A DNA stretch of 63,882 bases, the filler included, from Octopus bimaculoides (lineage: Eukaryota): NCBI RefSeq assembly GCF_001194135.2. It is 3 parts of 3 records of this genome, joined end to end, with 100 filler letters (N's around TTAATTAATTAA, not from the genome) between each part and the next. Parts side by side here need not be neighbours in the genome. Positions count along the whole stretch, not along the records: positions 31,357 to 61,558 come from NC_068991.1; positions 61,659 to 63,882 come from NW_026398167.1; 1 more part is not named here. One strand, given 5' to 3'. The translations under genes and the position numbers were made by a program. The first letter of the stretch is position 1. Every line of letters starts with the position of its first letter. Shown piece by piece: positions 51,608-63,075 of this stretch. Under the pieces are notes generated by a model. That model saw only the letters and a program-made list of their open reading frames with translations. It was not told the origin of the DNA and searched no databases.

Positions 51608-52035
51608 TTATTCTTTTACTTGTTTCAGTCATTTGACTGTGGCCATGCTGGAGCACTGCCTTTAGTCGAATAAATCGACCCCAGGACTTATCCTTTGTAA
51701 GCCTAGTACTTATTCTATCAGTCTCTTTTGCCGAACCGCAAAGTTACGGGGATGTTAACACACCAGCATCGGTTGTCAAGTGTTGTTGGGTGACAAACAT
51801 ACACACACACATACATATATATGAATATATGTATAAAGAAACCCGTCATATGTATGTATATGTATATATATATATACATACAATGGGTTTCTTTCAGTTT
51901 CCATCTACCAAATCCACTCACAAGACTTTGGTTGGCCCGAGGTTGTAGAAGAAGACACTTGCCCAAGGTGCCACACAGTGAGTCTGAACCTGGAACCATG
52001 TGGTTGGTAAGCAAGCTTCTTAACCACACAGCCAT
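51608..52035 (-). mobile_element. SINE family A, full length
   Basis: Colinear with the other family A copies. Confidence 0.9.
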
Positions 52036-52992
52036 GATATATATGCATGTGTGTGTGTTTGTATGTGTGTATATATATATGTGTGTGTGTATGCGTTTGC
52101 ATTTAAAATTTCACTGACATCAATGTCTATTGAAATGTTATCAGTTAAAGGTGGTTAAATTAAAAAGCTGGAGTGAATAGAGTGAGCTGGGTGTGTGTCC
52201 CATTACCCAAGACCATTCCCTTCCTCTCATCAACCCTACTGTGACTACTCGTTAAAATTCTACCCTTCCAGCACAGAAGCTGGAAAGCCTAAACATAGCC
52301 ATTTGACATGCTAAAACAGCAGTCAACTCTTCCTCAAATTACACCCAACTTAAAATAAGAACACATAGAATAGTGTTGTCCATATTACACTATGCCTGAT
52401 CAACAACTATGGATGGGTATGGCCAGAATACCTTTGATCTGCTGTTTCAGGGACTGATTCAGAAGCTCAACAACATTTTGGAATCCCTCACTGATCATGT
52501 AATTTTTTTCTTTTGAGGATGTTGATCTTGATATAGTCAAACGGAACATTGACTTACATCAACTCCATCAATCTTAGAAAACCTAGAAAGATCATGGTTG
52601 CACAATCCTATGTCTGATAATCTAATTAAACAAACATCCCAAATTCAAATTCTAACAGGCTCAATTTTATTTTTTATACACCTTGGTTCACCTCAACTCA
52701 CTAGACTTATTACCCCTAAATTTGTGCACCTTTGAGCCTTAGGCTTCATAAGGCCGATTAGCTGGCTTACATGGTGTACAAGTGACTGAGATCACAACAT
52801 GCACTCAGAATGGAAAGCTAGTCCAATGCAGGATTCAATAGCGTTAATTTTTGAGAAGAGAGGACAAATTGATTACATCAACCTCAGTGCTTACCAGGTA
52901 CGGCTAAATTAAAATGACCTAGGGGTAAACAGCACCAACTGCAGCAGCATAAATGTTTCTTTAACTGATACTCTGTCAGTCACAACAAAGTG

Positions 52993-53291
52993 TTTTCCAA
53001 TTGATCCAATCAACAGAACAGTCTGCTCGTGAAGTTAACATGCAAGTGGCTGAGCACTCCACAGACATGTGTACCCTTAACGTAGTTCTCAGAGAGATTC
53101 AGCATGACACAGAATGTGACAAGGCTGGCCCCCTTTGAATTACAGGTACAACTCATTTTTGCCAGCTGAGTGAACTGGAGCAAAGTGAAATAAAGTGTTC
53201 TTCCCAAGGACAAAAAGCGTCACAGGGAATCGAACTCATGACTTTGCAATTGCGAATCGAATACCCTAACCATTAGGCCACGTGCCTTCAC
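52993..53291 (-). mobile_element. SINE with CORE-like body and family C tail
   Basis: Same architecture as the 10867 copy. Confidence 0.85.
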
Positions 53292-55639
53292 AACAATGTT
53301 ATAAACTTGAATTTTAACCATCGCATGATGGATAATTTTGGAAATATATTTTTGCAAATGCAATATCAGTAATATTACAGGAACACAGCAATTTTACTTA
53401 TTCTTCACTCAAATTTCAAGGTGCTTATACAAAATAATAAAATGAAAACTAATATCTAACATAAAAATATTTATTCAATTTAAATTAAATCAAATTTTTC
53501 ATAGCAATAATACTGTTTAGCTATCAATGAATTACATACATAAGATTACTCAATATTACCCAAGTGGCAAAAGTATATTTCTGTCATTACTGGTCATGTG
53601 ACAGGTAACAATTCCAGTTAGTAAATAAGTAACCAAGGGAGATAAATCTAATACAATCAGAGTTATCTCTCTTGGAAGGGACAGACAAACAGAGAGATGT
53701 AGGTACATACAATAGATGGGTTTCAATAAGACACTGCAAGAGTTGAATTAAAGGGAGAAATAAATACCCAACTGACTAAAAGCTAGAATCCAGGTTCAAC
53801 TCTAGCCTGTAGCTATTTCATGTATACCATTAACGACCAAAAGCCTACTGTTTCTCCATTCCCTGAGACCAATAGACTAGATCAAGCATTCATAGATCTA
53901 TCCAATTACAAAAGAGCAAATTAAACTGCACGTGATGCGTTACAATATAATTTATAGCAGCAAGGTTGCAGACAAAAATGCCTTGCCATATATACTAACG
54001 ACCTACCATATTCTGAGTACAAATTTCACAAAATCAATTTTATTTTACTGACTCAGGTGGAGGGCATGGTATGAAAAGCAAAGTACTAGTCAAGCATCGG
54101 GGTCAATTTGACTAACCACTGCTCCCCATTTCTGGCATTATATCTATTTAAGAAATTAATGTTATTGAAGACATTGTGTGTGCTGAAGATTTGTGCTGTC
54201 TATCAAGTCACAACAAGGACCTCAGACAGACAGCACTTTACGCAGTATGCGTGCAGTTCCAAGTAAAACCGATTTTTGCGATACACCTATCATTAAGGCA
54301 GTAAACAGGCAGAATCATTAGTATATCAAACAAAATACTTTGCAGTATTTTTTCCAGTGTTTTACATTCTAAGGTTTAAATCCTGCCATGGTTAACTTTG
54401 CCTTTCATCCTTTCGGGGGTTGATAAAATAAAGTACCAGTCAAGTACTGAACTGACACACACAGACTGTAGTCCGAGTGTAAGGCTGAACATTACAACAT
54501 TGGTCTGGTACTTCTGACAGCTGGGTGAAATGTTCTTCCTGCAGACACTAGGATCTGTATCTTTGAATAAAAGAGCTACAAAGAAGTAGTTCTATAAGTT
54601 ATCCACTCAGCTAACCTCCTTCTACCCACAGCTGTTGCTCTTTAAACTCCATATCTATAGTGAATCAATCATTGAGTGTAGCTAGGACAATATCTTCCAG
54701 CAGCTTATGTTCTTAACTAAAACAAATCTAAGACTATGTTATCCTTTGTAAATTTGATGATGAGTAATTTGGAGGAAACTTGGTTGTTGTCTCTTGCAGG
54801 CCAAGCATGTACAGGTTCCCTCATTGGTTTGAATGCACCATATGGTAACTCTGTTTTGTATTAAGTCAATAGCCACACTCTATACTAGGTTAAAAATGCT
54901 GTCCACAGAGAATGAATAATCTTAATTATAGACTATGCACTCTCCCAGATCACTGATAGAGTTTGAGATTTCCAACCAATCTAAGTTCATAACTCACCCA
55001 GATTGCTCTGAGAAATTTAAAAGGCAAACTTCATTTTGAAGAAATCCCAAGCGCTACTACATATCTTAACTTTAAGCACCACGGAGGAGGCAATTCCAAG
55101 CAACCTCCATCCTGCCCTTGAAAATGGTCTATTGTAAGTAACATTTTCAGGAGATCCAGTACCCCAGTACCTATTCTTGTCTAACAACTTAGTGAAGGAG
55201 AATAAGGAATGAAAATTAAACACAGTATACAAATGCACAATGAAACATTAGCAGTGGATTTGCAGTTAAGGTCTCTGAGATAGAAGTGGGTGATAATACA
55301 ACACCCTACACATTTAAGTCATCAAGGATTTGTGCTCCATTTGTTATTTTACTCATACAATCAGAGACAAATATTTAAGTTAGATTTTCAACTATCATGT
55401 GATCCTGTGACACCAGAAATTCTCATATTCTTGGTATTCATTTATTTCTTATTCTTATCTAAATATCTTTAGAGGAATTGGTTGGTTAAGTAAAAAAAAT
55501 ATATATTTGCTTAAATTGATGGTTCTACGCTTATATTTATATGTCTCTTCTTATAAGCCAAAACTTTGTCAACTGAAAAGGAAAAGTGTAATGATTTTTC
55601 ATCAATCCATCCATAAATATCCATTAATATCCGTTACTT

Positions 55640-56575
55640 CATGTTTCTATACATGTGTCATTGTAACAGCTCATCCTACATGTTAGTCACCATTATATTT
55701 CTATATGTGGATCAATAGTGACAGCTATTCTACATGCTTACTACATTCATGTTTTTATGTGACTGCTTGCCCTACATGTTCCTCTTGCAATCAGACAGTG
55801 TTTCTACAGCTTCTCTTACATGTTCCTTTTTTTTATGTGTCCAAGCAGGGACTAACAGATCTTCTAACATATCTGTCCACAACATAATTCCAGTTCTATG
55901 TTAACAATACTTAACTCCATATTATGTCTACCATGCTTCATGAAGCATTGTATCTAACCTATACGTGTCCTTTTACAATACTTTAACCTTCAACACCTCT
56001 CATAAAACCATCACTCCCACCCTCAAATACACTCCCACTTAGATGTGAGAGCCTTTTCCTTTTCCTTTTTTTTTTTACTTGGCAATCTCACTATTGGCAG
56101 TGGCATGAAAAGCACTTACTACACACTGTAAAGTGGTTGGTGTTAGGAAGGGTTCCAGCCATAGAAACCCTGCCAAAGCTAACACTGGGGACTTACGCAA
56201 CTCATCGAACCCTGTTGAACTGTCTATTTCATGCCAGTATGGAAAACAGGCATGAAATGATGATGATGATGATGATGACAATAGTTTCTTGCTAACAAAC
56301 CTGGTTCAATGGCAACAGCTCTTTCTACATCTTTGTTACAGACAATAGTTGACTCTATATATTTATGCACGAAATGATCATGTTACTAGGCGTATGTTAG
56401 CAATAGCTAGTCCTTCCTGTTTGCTCAGTGCCCTTCATGTTTCTAAATATACATAAACAACAACTGCTTTTACTCACATGTTTGCCCTTCATAAGCTATT
56501 TGCCTAGTCAATAGTTACACCTATATGTTCTACAACTTTTCATGCTTCTAGACAAGGGTCAATAACAGCTCCCTG
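55640..56575. repeat. Ancient degenerate tandem repeat (~40-55-bp period) split by a family D element
   Basis: Recurrent CAGCT..CTACATGTT-like motif at 55667, 55722, 55763, 55807, 55856 and again from about 56316 to 56566. Confidence 0.5.
56095..56278 (+). mobile_element. Family D element, degenerate
   Basis: gtggttggtgttaggaagggttccagcc..aaatgatgatgat. Confidence 0.78.
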
Positions 56576-57124
56576 AACATTTTTTTTTTTTTCGTAAGTT
56601 AGTCCAACAGAAAAGGGGGCACTTCCCACAATCTAGACAGGCCCACAAAGGCTGTTGAAATTTCATCAGCTGACATTCAGTAGAAAAAAACAACATCCTT
56701 AAACTGAGGTCTATAAGGAAAATATTGATAAGGGAGGAAAGGAAACTTCAAAATCTGAAGATCCTAAGGAGAAAGAACTGAGGTGGTGGAAGAAGAGAGG
56801 CAAATGTGTCAAGTGAGCTTGGGTGGGGGTGGTATGTTATTTGTTCTGAGAAGAGAGTATCTTAGTGATTCAGATATATGTAATACATATTTATTATTGG
56901 TGTTTAGCACCCAATCAGACTTCCCAATCCAGCAAACCCATGATCAAAAGGCTTCAAGCCATAATGTTCCCATCTTTCCTCTATATGCACATTACCCAGC
57001 ATGTTCACTTTTTTAAAGAGTGGTGGTGGATTTCACTGCAATTTCTAGCAGGTTGAATGGAGTCTACTTAGAAATTATTTTGTGGAGCTCTCACAGAAAC
57101 ATCTGCTCATTCCAGATGTATAAT

Positions 57125-57660
57125 AATAATAATCCTTTCTACTATAGGCACAAAGCCGGAAATTTGGGGGCGAGTGGACTAGTCGATTTCATTGGCCCCC
57201 AGTGTTTAACTGGTACTTAATTTACTGACCCTGAAAGGCAAAGTTAACCACGTTGGAATTTGAACTTAGAACGGAAAGAGAAACTGAATACCACTAAGCA
57301 TTTTGCCTGGCATGCAACAATTCTGCCAGGTCATCACCGTAATAATAATAATAATAATAATGATGATGATGATGATGATAATGATAATTCTTTTAAATTT
57401 GAGGAAGAAAGGAAACTTCAAGATCTGTTCTCCCTAAACTGAGAGGGAAAGGTAAGTCAATTACATCAACACCAGTACTCACTTGGTACTTATCTTATCG
57501 ACCCCAGAAAGATGAAAGGCAAAAGGCAACCTCAGTGGTAAGTGAACTCAGAAATGTAAAGAACCAGATAAAATCCTACTGAACATTTTTTTCCAAGCAG
57601 TAATAGTTCTATCAGTTTACAGCCTAAATAATATCAATATTTCTAACATAGACACAAGGC
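57125..57660 (-). mobile_element. Two stacked degenerate family B SINEs
   Basis: aatcctttctactataggcacaa..ttggaatttgaactt..ttctgccagg, repeated after an (AAT)/(GAT) tract. Confidence 0.8.
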
Positions 57661-57894
57661 TAGCAATTCTGAGAAAAGGGGGCTAGTTGGTGACATTAAT
57701 ACCAGTATTTATTTGACGGGTACTCAATCTCGTTCAGAGATTTAATTTAGCTTATTTCTACTTTATTTTTACTACGTCATGTACATATGTGTCTACATGT
57801 ATATATGAGAGTGTGGATGAATGTTTATTTCAGTGGTTTTATACTGACGCCATGTGGGTGGTAATGATATTGTTTACATGCTCGGTAAACAATA

Positions 57895-58075
57895 CAGCCA
57901 CTAGGCTTCCACACAGTTTCCATCTACCAAATTCACTCACAAGGCATTGGTCAGCCAAAAGCCGTAGTAGAAGACACTTGCTCAAGGTGTCAAGCAATGG
58001 GACTGAACTATACAGTGGCGCTAAATATGGAACCATGAAGTTACAAAGCAAACTTCTTAACCACAATCATGGCTG
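57895..58075 (-). mobile_element. SINE family A, degenerate 5' half next to the U6 copy
   Basis: tttccatctaccaaattcactcacaaggc..gaagacacttgctcaaggtg. Confidence 0.75.
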
Positions 58076-58082
58076 GGCCTAG

Positions 58083-58196
58083 AAAAAAAAAGAATATGGA
58101 ATGCTTCACAAATTAGCATGTCATCATTCTGCAGGGGCCATGCTAGCCTTTCCTGTATTGTTCCAGTTTTAGTATGTGCACAGCTGAAGCAACAAG
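58083..58196 (-). pseudogene. U6: U6 snRNA pseudogene, essentially full length
   Basis: Minus strand reads gcttcagctgtgcacatactaaaactggaacaatacaggaaaggctagcatggcccctgcagaatgatgacatgctaatttgtgaagcattccatattcttttttttt, colinear with metazoan U6. The ACAGAGA box is mutated to ACAGGAA, there are CpG-type transitions, and no upstream TATA box is evident. Confidence 0.93.
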
Positions 58197-58519
58197 TTCA
58201 AGATAAAAAAAGAACAAAACATAAAACAAACATAAAATATTAACAAAAAATAAAAAGAAGCATATGGGTTAGAAAAAGAAAAGAAAAAACAGAAGACGTG
58301 GATTGGAAGTTATATTTAATTTTTAGCTGAAAGAAAAGCATGCATGGGTTAAAAATGCTCTTCTCTCTCAACCTCTTTCTCTCTCTCCATTTGCAGTTCT
58401 GGTGTCTTATTCCAGACAGCTGGGCGAGGTAGTGGAAGAGGGCAAAGACATTATCGAGTTTAATGAATTAATAATTAAGCAGTCAGCTTTGAACCTGATT
58501 ACAAGACAAAATTTAAAAC

Positions 58520-58901
58520 AATATCAATAATAATTAATTTCAAATTTTGGCACAGGGCCAGCAATTTCAGGAGAGGGGTAAGTCGATTACATCAACTCCA
58601 GTGCTTGACTAGTACTTATTTTAGTCTGTTTTAGACCCTGAAAGGATGAAAGGCAAAGTCAACTTGGCGGAATCTGAACTCAGAATGCAAAGATGGCCAA
58701 AATACCACTAAGCATTAAGTGAATTCGAAGGGAGGGATAGTTGTTCGCATCAAGTCCTATACTTGATGGAAACTTTATCCCTCCAGAGGGATGAAAGGCA
58801 AAGTTCACCTTGGCATGATTAGAACTCAAAACTGAAAAAGCTGGAACAAATACCGCAAAGCATTTTTTATTGCTGCTTTAGAGATTCTGCTACCCCATCA
58901 C

Positions 58902-58935
<34 letters not shown>

Positions 58936-59130
58936 ACAATGGTTTTAAAGTTTGGCACAAGGCCAGCAGGTTTGTGGGAAGGGCTAAATCGATTACATTA
59001 ACCCCAGTCTTCAACCTGAAAAGATAAAAAGCAAAGTTGACCCCAGCAGAATTTGAACTCAGAATGCATGGATGTACAAAATGACACAGCATTTTGCCCA
59101 ACGAGTTAACAATTCAGCCAACTTAACACT
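58520..59130 (-). mobile_element. Stack of about three degenerate family B SINEs
   Basis: ttttggcacagggccagcaattt..gaaaggatgaaaggcaaagt..gaactcagaa, repeated with ATT/AAT spacers. Confidence 0.8.
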
Positions 59131-60461
59131 AATAATAATAATAATAATAATAATTCTGAAGCAGAATCTGCATGACACAGTGTGACAAAACTGGGCCTTT
59201 GAATGAGAAACACAAACAATCAATCCATATGATAAGGCTTCTGTACAGTTTCCATCAAACCAGTTTTACTCTAAAGGCTCAGGTGAACCCAAGATTATAG
59301 CAAAAGACAGTTGCCCCAAAAGCTATATAGCAGGATTGAACACGGTCCTTGTAATAGTGAAGCAAGCTTCTTAAGCATTTGGCCATAATGCACCTAAACA
59401 TACTACTGAATATGTGCACAAATACGTACATACAAATGTGTAATTTAAAGTGAAACGTAGGCTGTATCTTTTAATAATGTGATGCTATTTTAGCTCCCAG
59501 TGAAATGTAAACCATGGTTTTTTTTTTCCTTTATGTCGGCAGAAAAACTAACTAATTAATGTTTGCATGTATGTATGTATATTCATGTGTATGTGTAAAT
59601 GTCAGTGTAAATAACGCCATGCATGTGTGTGTGCATATATATGTTTATTTATTAAGACATTAATTTGCAGGTTCATAAATCTGTTTCAATCATTTTGATC
59701 TTGTCTGTAAGTGGGTTTAAAAAAGAAAGAAAACAAAAAACAGTTTAATAATGAAAGAAGGAAGAAAATAAGCCGGGGACAAATGTGGGGGCGTAAGATT
59801 TGTAAGATCACAGGAGCAGTGCTAAACTTAGTTGTAGGAGAGAGGCTTAATTTAAAATTGACTTGGAAGCAAAAAATATTACAAAAAAAGAAAAATAATA
59901 AATAAAAGAAAAATAAATAAATAAATAAATAAATAAAGAAAGAATTTGAAAATTTGGACAGAATATTGTGAAATGATCAAAGAAGCAAATGTAATCTAAA
60001 ATCTATTAAAGACTGAAGTGAAAAAGATTATCAGTTAGGGACGTATAGTAAGTGTGAGAATTATATTAAAACAAAGAAGTTATTTTAAAATTCCTGTTTG
60101 AGTAGAGAGAGGAACTATGAAGATTTCACGTTTCTAGGTAAGAAGAAAAAAGAAAAAAAGCATTAAATGAGGGACAAGAAACAAAATAATTATCTGAAGA
60201 AGCAAGTAAGATAGTCTTAGGAGATAATAAGTATCAAATACAGGGAACTTGGGCATAGTCAGTACTGGAAGAACTAAGATGCGACTGGCAGAGCTATTTT
60301 GGCGGCACTGATTTGAGGCTGACTTATTTGACAGTTATTTCAATGTCTCACTCACTCACACACACACACACACGCGCACATGCATGCAGGCACACACTCT
60401 CCCCCTATCTCTCTCTTTCTGTATGAGAGCATATTTTTCTTCATGTGTATGAGGAGATGCG

Positions 60462-60822
60462 TGGAGGCGCAATGGCCCAGTGGTTAGGGCAGCGGACTCG
60501 TGGGCATAGGATCGCGGTTTCGATTCCCAGACCGGGCATTGTGAGTGTTTATTGAACAAAAACACCTAAAGCTCCACGAGGCTCCGGCAGGGGATGGTGG
60601 CGAACCCTGCTGTACTCTTCCACCACAACATTCTCTCAATCTTACTTCCTGTTTCTGTTGTGCCTGTAATTCAAAGGGTCAGCCTTGTCACCCTGTGTCA
60701 CGCTGAATATCCCCGAGAACTATGTTAAGGGTACACGTGTCTGTGGAGTGCTCAGCCACTTGCATGTTAATTTCACGAGCAGGCTGTTCCGTTGATCGGA
60801 TCGACTGGAACCCTCAACAACA
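60462..60822 (+). mobile_element. SINE family C, 3'-shortened, with TSD
   Basis: 11-bp TSD atgaggagatg at 60449-60459 and 60823-60833. Confidence 0.92.
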
Positions 60823-61443
60823 ATGAGGAGATGAAAAGTGTTTATGTCAATCATGTTTGATTAATAATTTTTAGTATTGCTCTCTTTCTCTTTCACACTC
60901 TCTGTATGAGTATATTTCTATGCACACACACGAGTTAGTGTGTGTGTGTGTGTGTGTGTGTGCTTGCCTCCAGTGCTAAGAAATACTGTCACCAAAACAG
61001 GTACAATATACAGTAAGCTATGCCAAACAGCTGTGCCCAATTGTCTCATTTCACAGGAAGTGTGGATGGTGTTGTGAAGGGAGATAAATAACAACAGACT
61101 TCTGAGACGAAATTATTTAAGTGAAAGACATTAATGTAAGGGATCCGTAGATAAAGACCAGACGAAGCAGCTCTATGTATCAAAGCAAGTTAAGATATAT
61201 TAACATACAGATCGGAACAGATCTATCAATCTAGAGAAGCAAGAAGATAAGCAAAGAAATCAAAGCAGGCAAACTTAAGCAAGTAAATAGACAAGGATTT
61301 ACACAAAAATATAGGCTAGCGAAGCGAATCCAAAAATATACACACACATATATATATATGCATAACCAATACAGCTCTGGTAATAGAAACAGTGTAAACA
61401 GAACTCAAGACACGAGTATATATATTTTTTCGTTTTTAATTGG

Positions 61444-61521
61444 CAGAAGTTACAAAGTGACACAAAGGTTGAGTTTTGAGCAGAAAACTCTCAGACCTCA
61501 AGTCATTTTGTAACTTTGCTG
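61444..61521. other. ~78-nt imperfect hairpin (pre-miRNA-like or MITE remnant)
   Basis: AAGTTACAAAGTGAC (61447-61461) pairs with GTCATTTTGTAACTT (61502-61516); inner stems AGGT/ACCT, TGAG/CTCA and TTTT/AAAA. Confidence 0.45.
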
Positions 61522-61558
61522 ATTAAATATATATATATATATATGTACATGTATGTAT

Positions 61559-61658
61559 NNNNNNNNNNNNNNNNNNNNNNNNNNNNNNNNNNNNNNNNNN
61601 NNTTAATTAATTAANNNNNNNNNNNNNNNNNNNNNNNNNNNNNNNNNNNNNNNNNNNN
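61559..61658. other. Artificial 100-bp scaffold linker
   Basis: 44 N + TTAATTAATTAA + 44 N, identical to 31257-31356. Confidence 0.95.
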
Positions 61659-61679
61659 TATATGTATGTGTGTGTATAT

Positions 61680-61877
61680 GTTTGTGTGTCTGTGTTTGTC
61701 CCTCCAACGATGCTGATGTGTTTACGTCCCCGTAACCTAGCGGTTCGCAAAAGAGACCGATAGAATAAGTACTAGGCTTACAAAGAATAAATCCTGTGGT
61801 CGATTTGCTCGACTAAAGGCGGTGCTCCAGCATGGCCGCAGTCAAATGACTGAAACAAGTAAAAGAGTAAAAGAGTA
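61680..61877 (+). mobile_element. SINE family A 3' half
   Basis: tgtgtttacgtccccgtaac..ggcggtgctccagcatggccgcagtcaaatgactgaaacaagtaaaagagt. Confidence 0.88.
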
Positions 61878-62091
61878 TCAGTAATCTCTCTCTCCCTCTC
61901 TGTCTGTCTGTCTGTCTCTCTCTCACTTACACACACACACACACGCACAGACACAGGCAATCACATTCAGAGAAGAATAATTATATTTCGTTCTACTTTT
62001 TGCATAAATCCAGCAATTTTGAAGGGAGGGGACAAGTCAACATACATACATACATACATACATACATACATACATACATACATACATACAT

Positions 62092-62250
62092 AGGTTCAAA
62101 AAAGAAAAACGACAAAAAACAACAAAAAACATAACGCAAGGACGTGATACAGACTGTGTTACTGGACGCTCGGGAAAGGAAAGAAAGAGAATTTGATGTT
62201 TCGAGCGGAGCTCTTCGTCGGAAACATAGGACAGTCCAAAGAAGGGAAGA
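62092..62250 (-). mobile_element. Related copy of the hammerhead-like short repeat
   Basis: Minus strand: tatgtttccgacgaagagctccgctcgaaacatcaaatt..ttcccgagcgtcc..ttttttgaacct, followed by (ATGT)n. Confidence 0.55.
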
Positions 62251-62254
62251 CGGA

Positions 62255-63075
62255 TTTCAGTAACATTGACACGAAGCGGAGCCTCTCTTGGACTCGCGAC
62301 TGCTTCATCGCATCACACTTCGAAAGCTATGCATTTGCAATCCAAGAACAGAAGATTGCAACTAAATGCCTAATCAACAAAAGAGACGACGAAGCCCTTG
62401 GAGTTCCAAGATGCAACCATAAAATGTAGATTATGTCATATTTTTGTGGAAGACATCACACGTGACTAACAGCTACTCAAAACGTCAAGATACTACCCCC
62501 GCCCCTATGCGTCATGACGTTGTCTCAAAAACAGAATACAATGCCATTCGGTAAAAAGACTGTCCTGGAATAAATATAGAAAATGCCACTACTATTGAAT
62601 ACATACACAAACAACAGCACAAGGAACACTGGTGGAACATTCCCATCAAAACATCTGTCATTTGCAAGTATAACACGCTGGATATTGTTGCTTGATACAA
62701 ATGAGAAAAAGTATACACTGTCAAAGAGAAAGAAGATTACTATGGAACTATGGACAACTGTTTCGAAACCTCCAGCTTCTATATCCGGATTACAAATTTA
62801 CATTTATACCAATAATAATTGGAGCAGTTGGTTTTGTAAGTAAATGCCTAACTACTAGTCTGGATGAGCTTGGAGTTTTAGAAAAAGAAATCAACCAACT
62901 GACTTGCACATTACAAATAGAATCTGTAAGCGGAACAATAAAACTATGAAAGAATTTACTCAGGTTTAAAATGTGAGATTGTGTTTTCGTTATCTACATT
63001 TCAAAGATGGAGCTTTGTATCTTTGTTAGAAACCAGCCAGAGGAGGAATTTAAATGATTACTGACAGAAGAGAAA
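62255..63075 (+). mobile_element. Degenerate 3' part of an RLE-type non-LTR retrotransposon (R4/NeSL-like)
   Basis: Frameshifted SLSWTRD..AFAIQEQKIATK..KCRLCHIFVEDIT (CCHC knuckle)..MRHDVV..WWNIPIKTSV..LDIV..YGQLFRNLQLLYPDYKFTFIPIIIGAVGFV..LQIESVSGTIK; ends at a (CATA)n tract. Confidence 0.85.

Noticed and set aside
52432-52530. Coiled-coil-like frame (..VVELLNQSLKQQIK) ending in a phase-1 donor, as the missing upstream TRIP11 exon
   Set aside because: The donor lies in a dispersed repeat also seen inverted near 50670; there is an upstream stop and no credible acceptor.
52558-52582. 25-nt minus-strand micro-exon with good splice sites
   Set aside because: The only frame ending in phase 1 contains a stop, so it cannot precede the 47829 exon directly; no other support.
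55017-55238. 73-aa minus-strand ORF next to a gtgagt donor
   Set aside because: No frame stays open from an acceptor to that donor, and no domain is recognised.
58397-59706. Plus-strand acceptor at 58397 and 36-nt ag..gt segment at 59671-59706
   Set aside because: No recognisable peptide, a weak donor for the first, and antisense to TRIP11; indistinguishable from chance.
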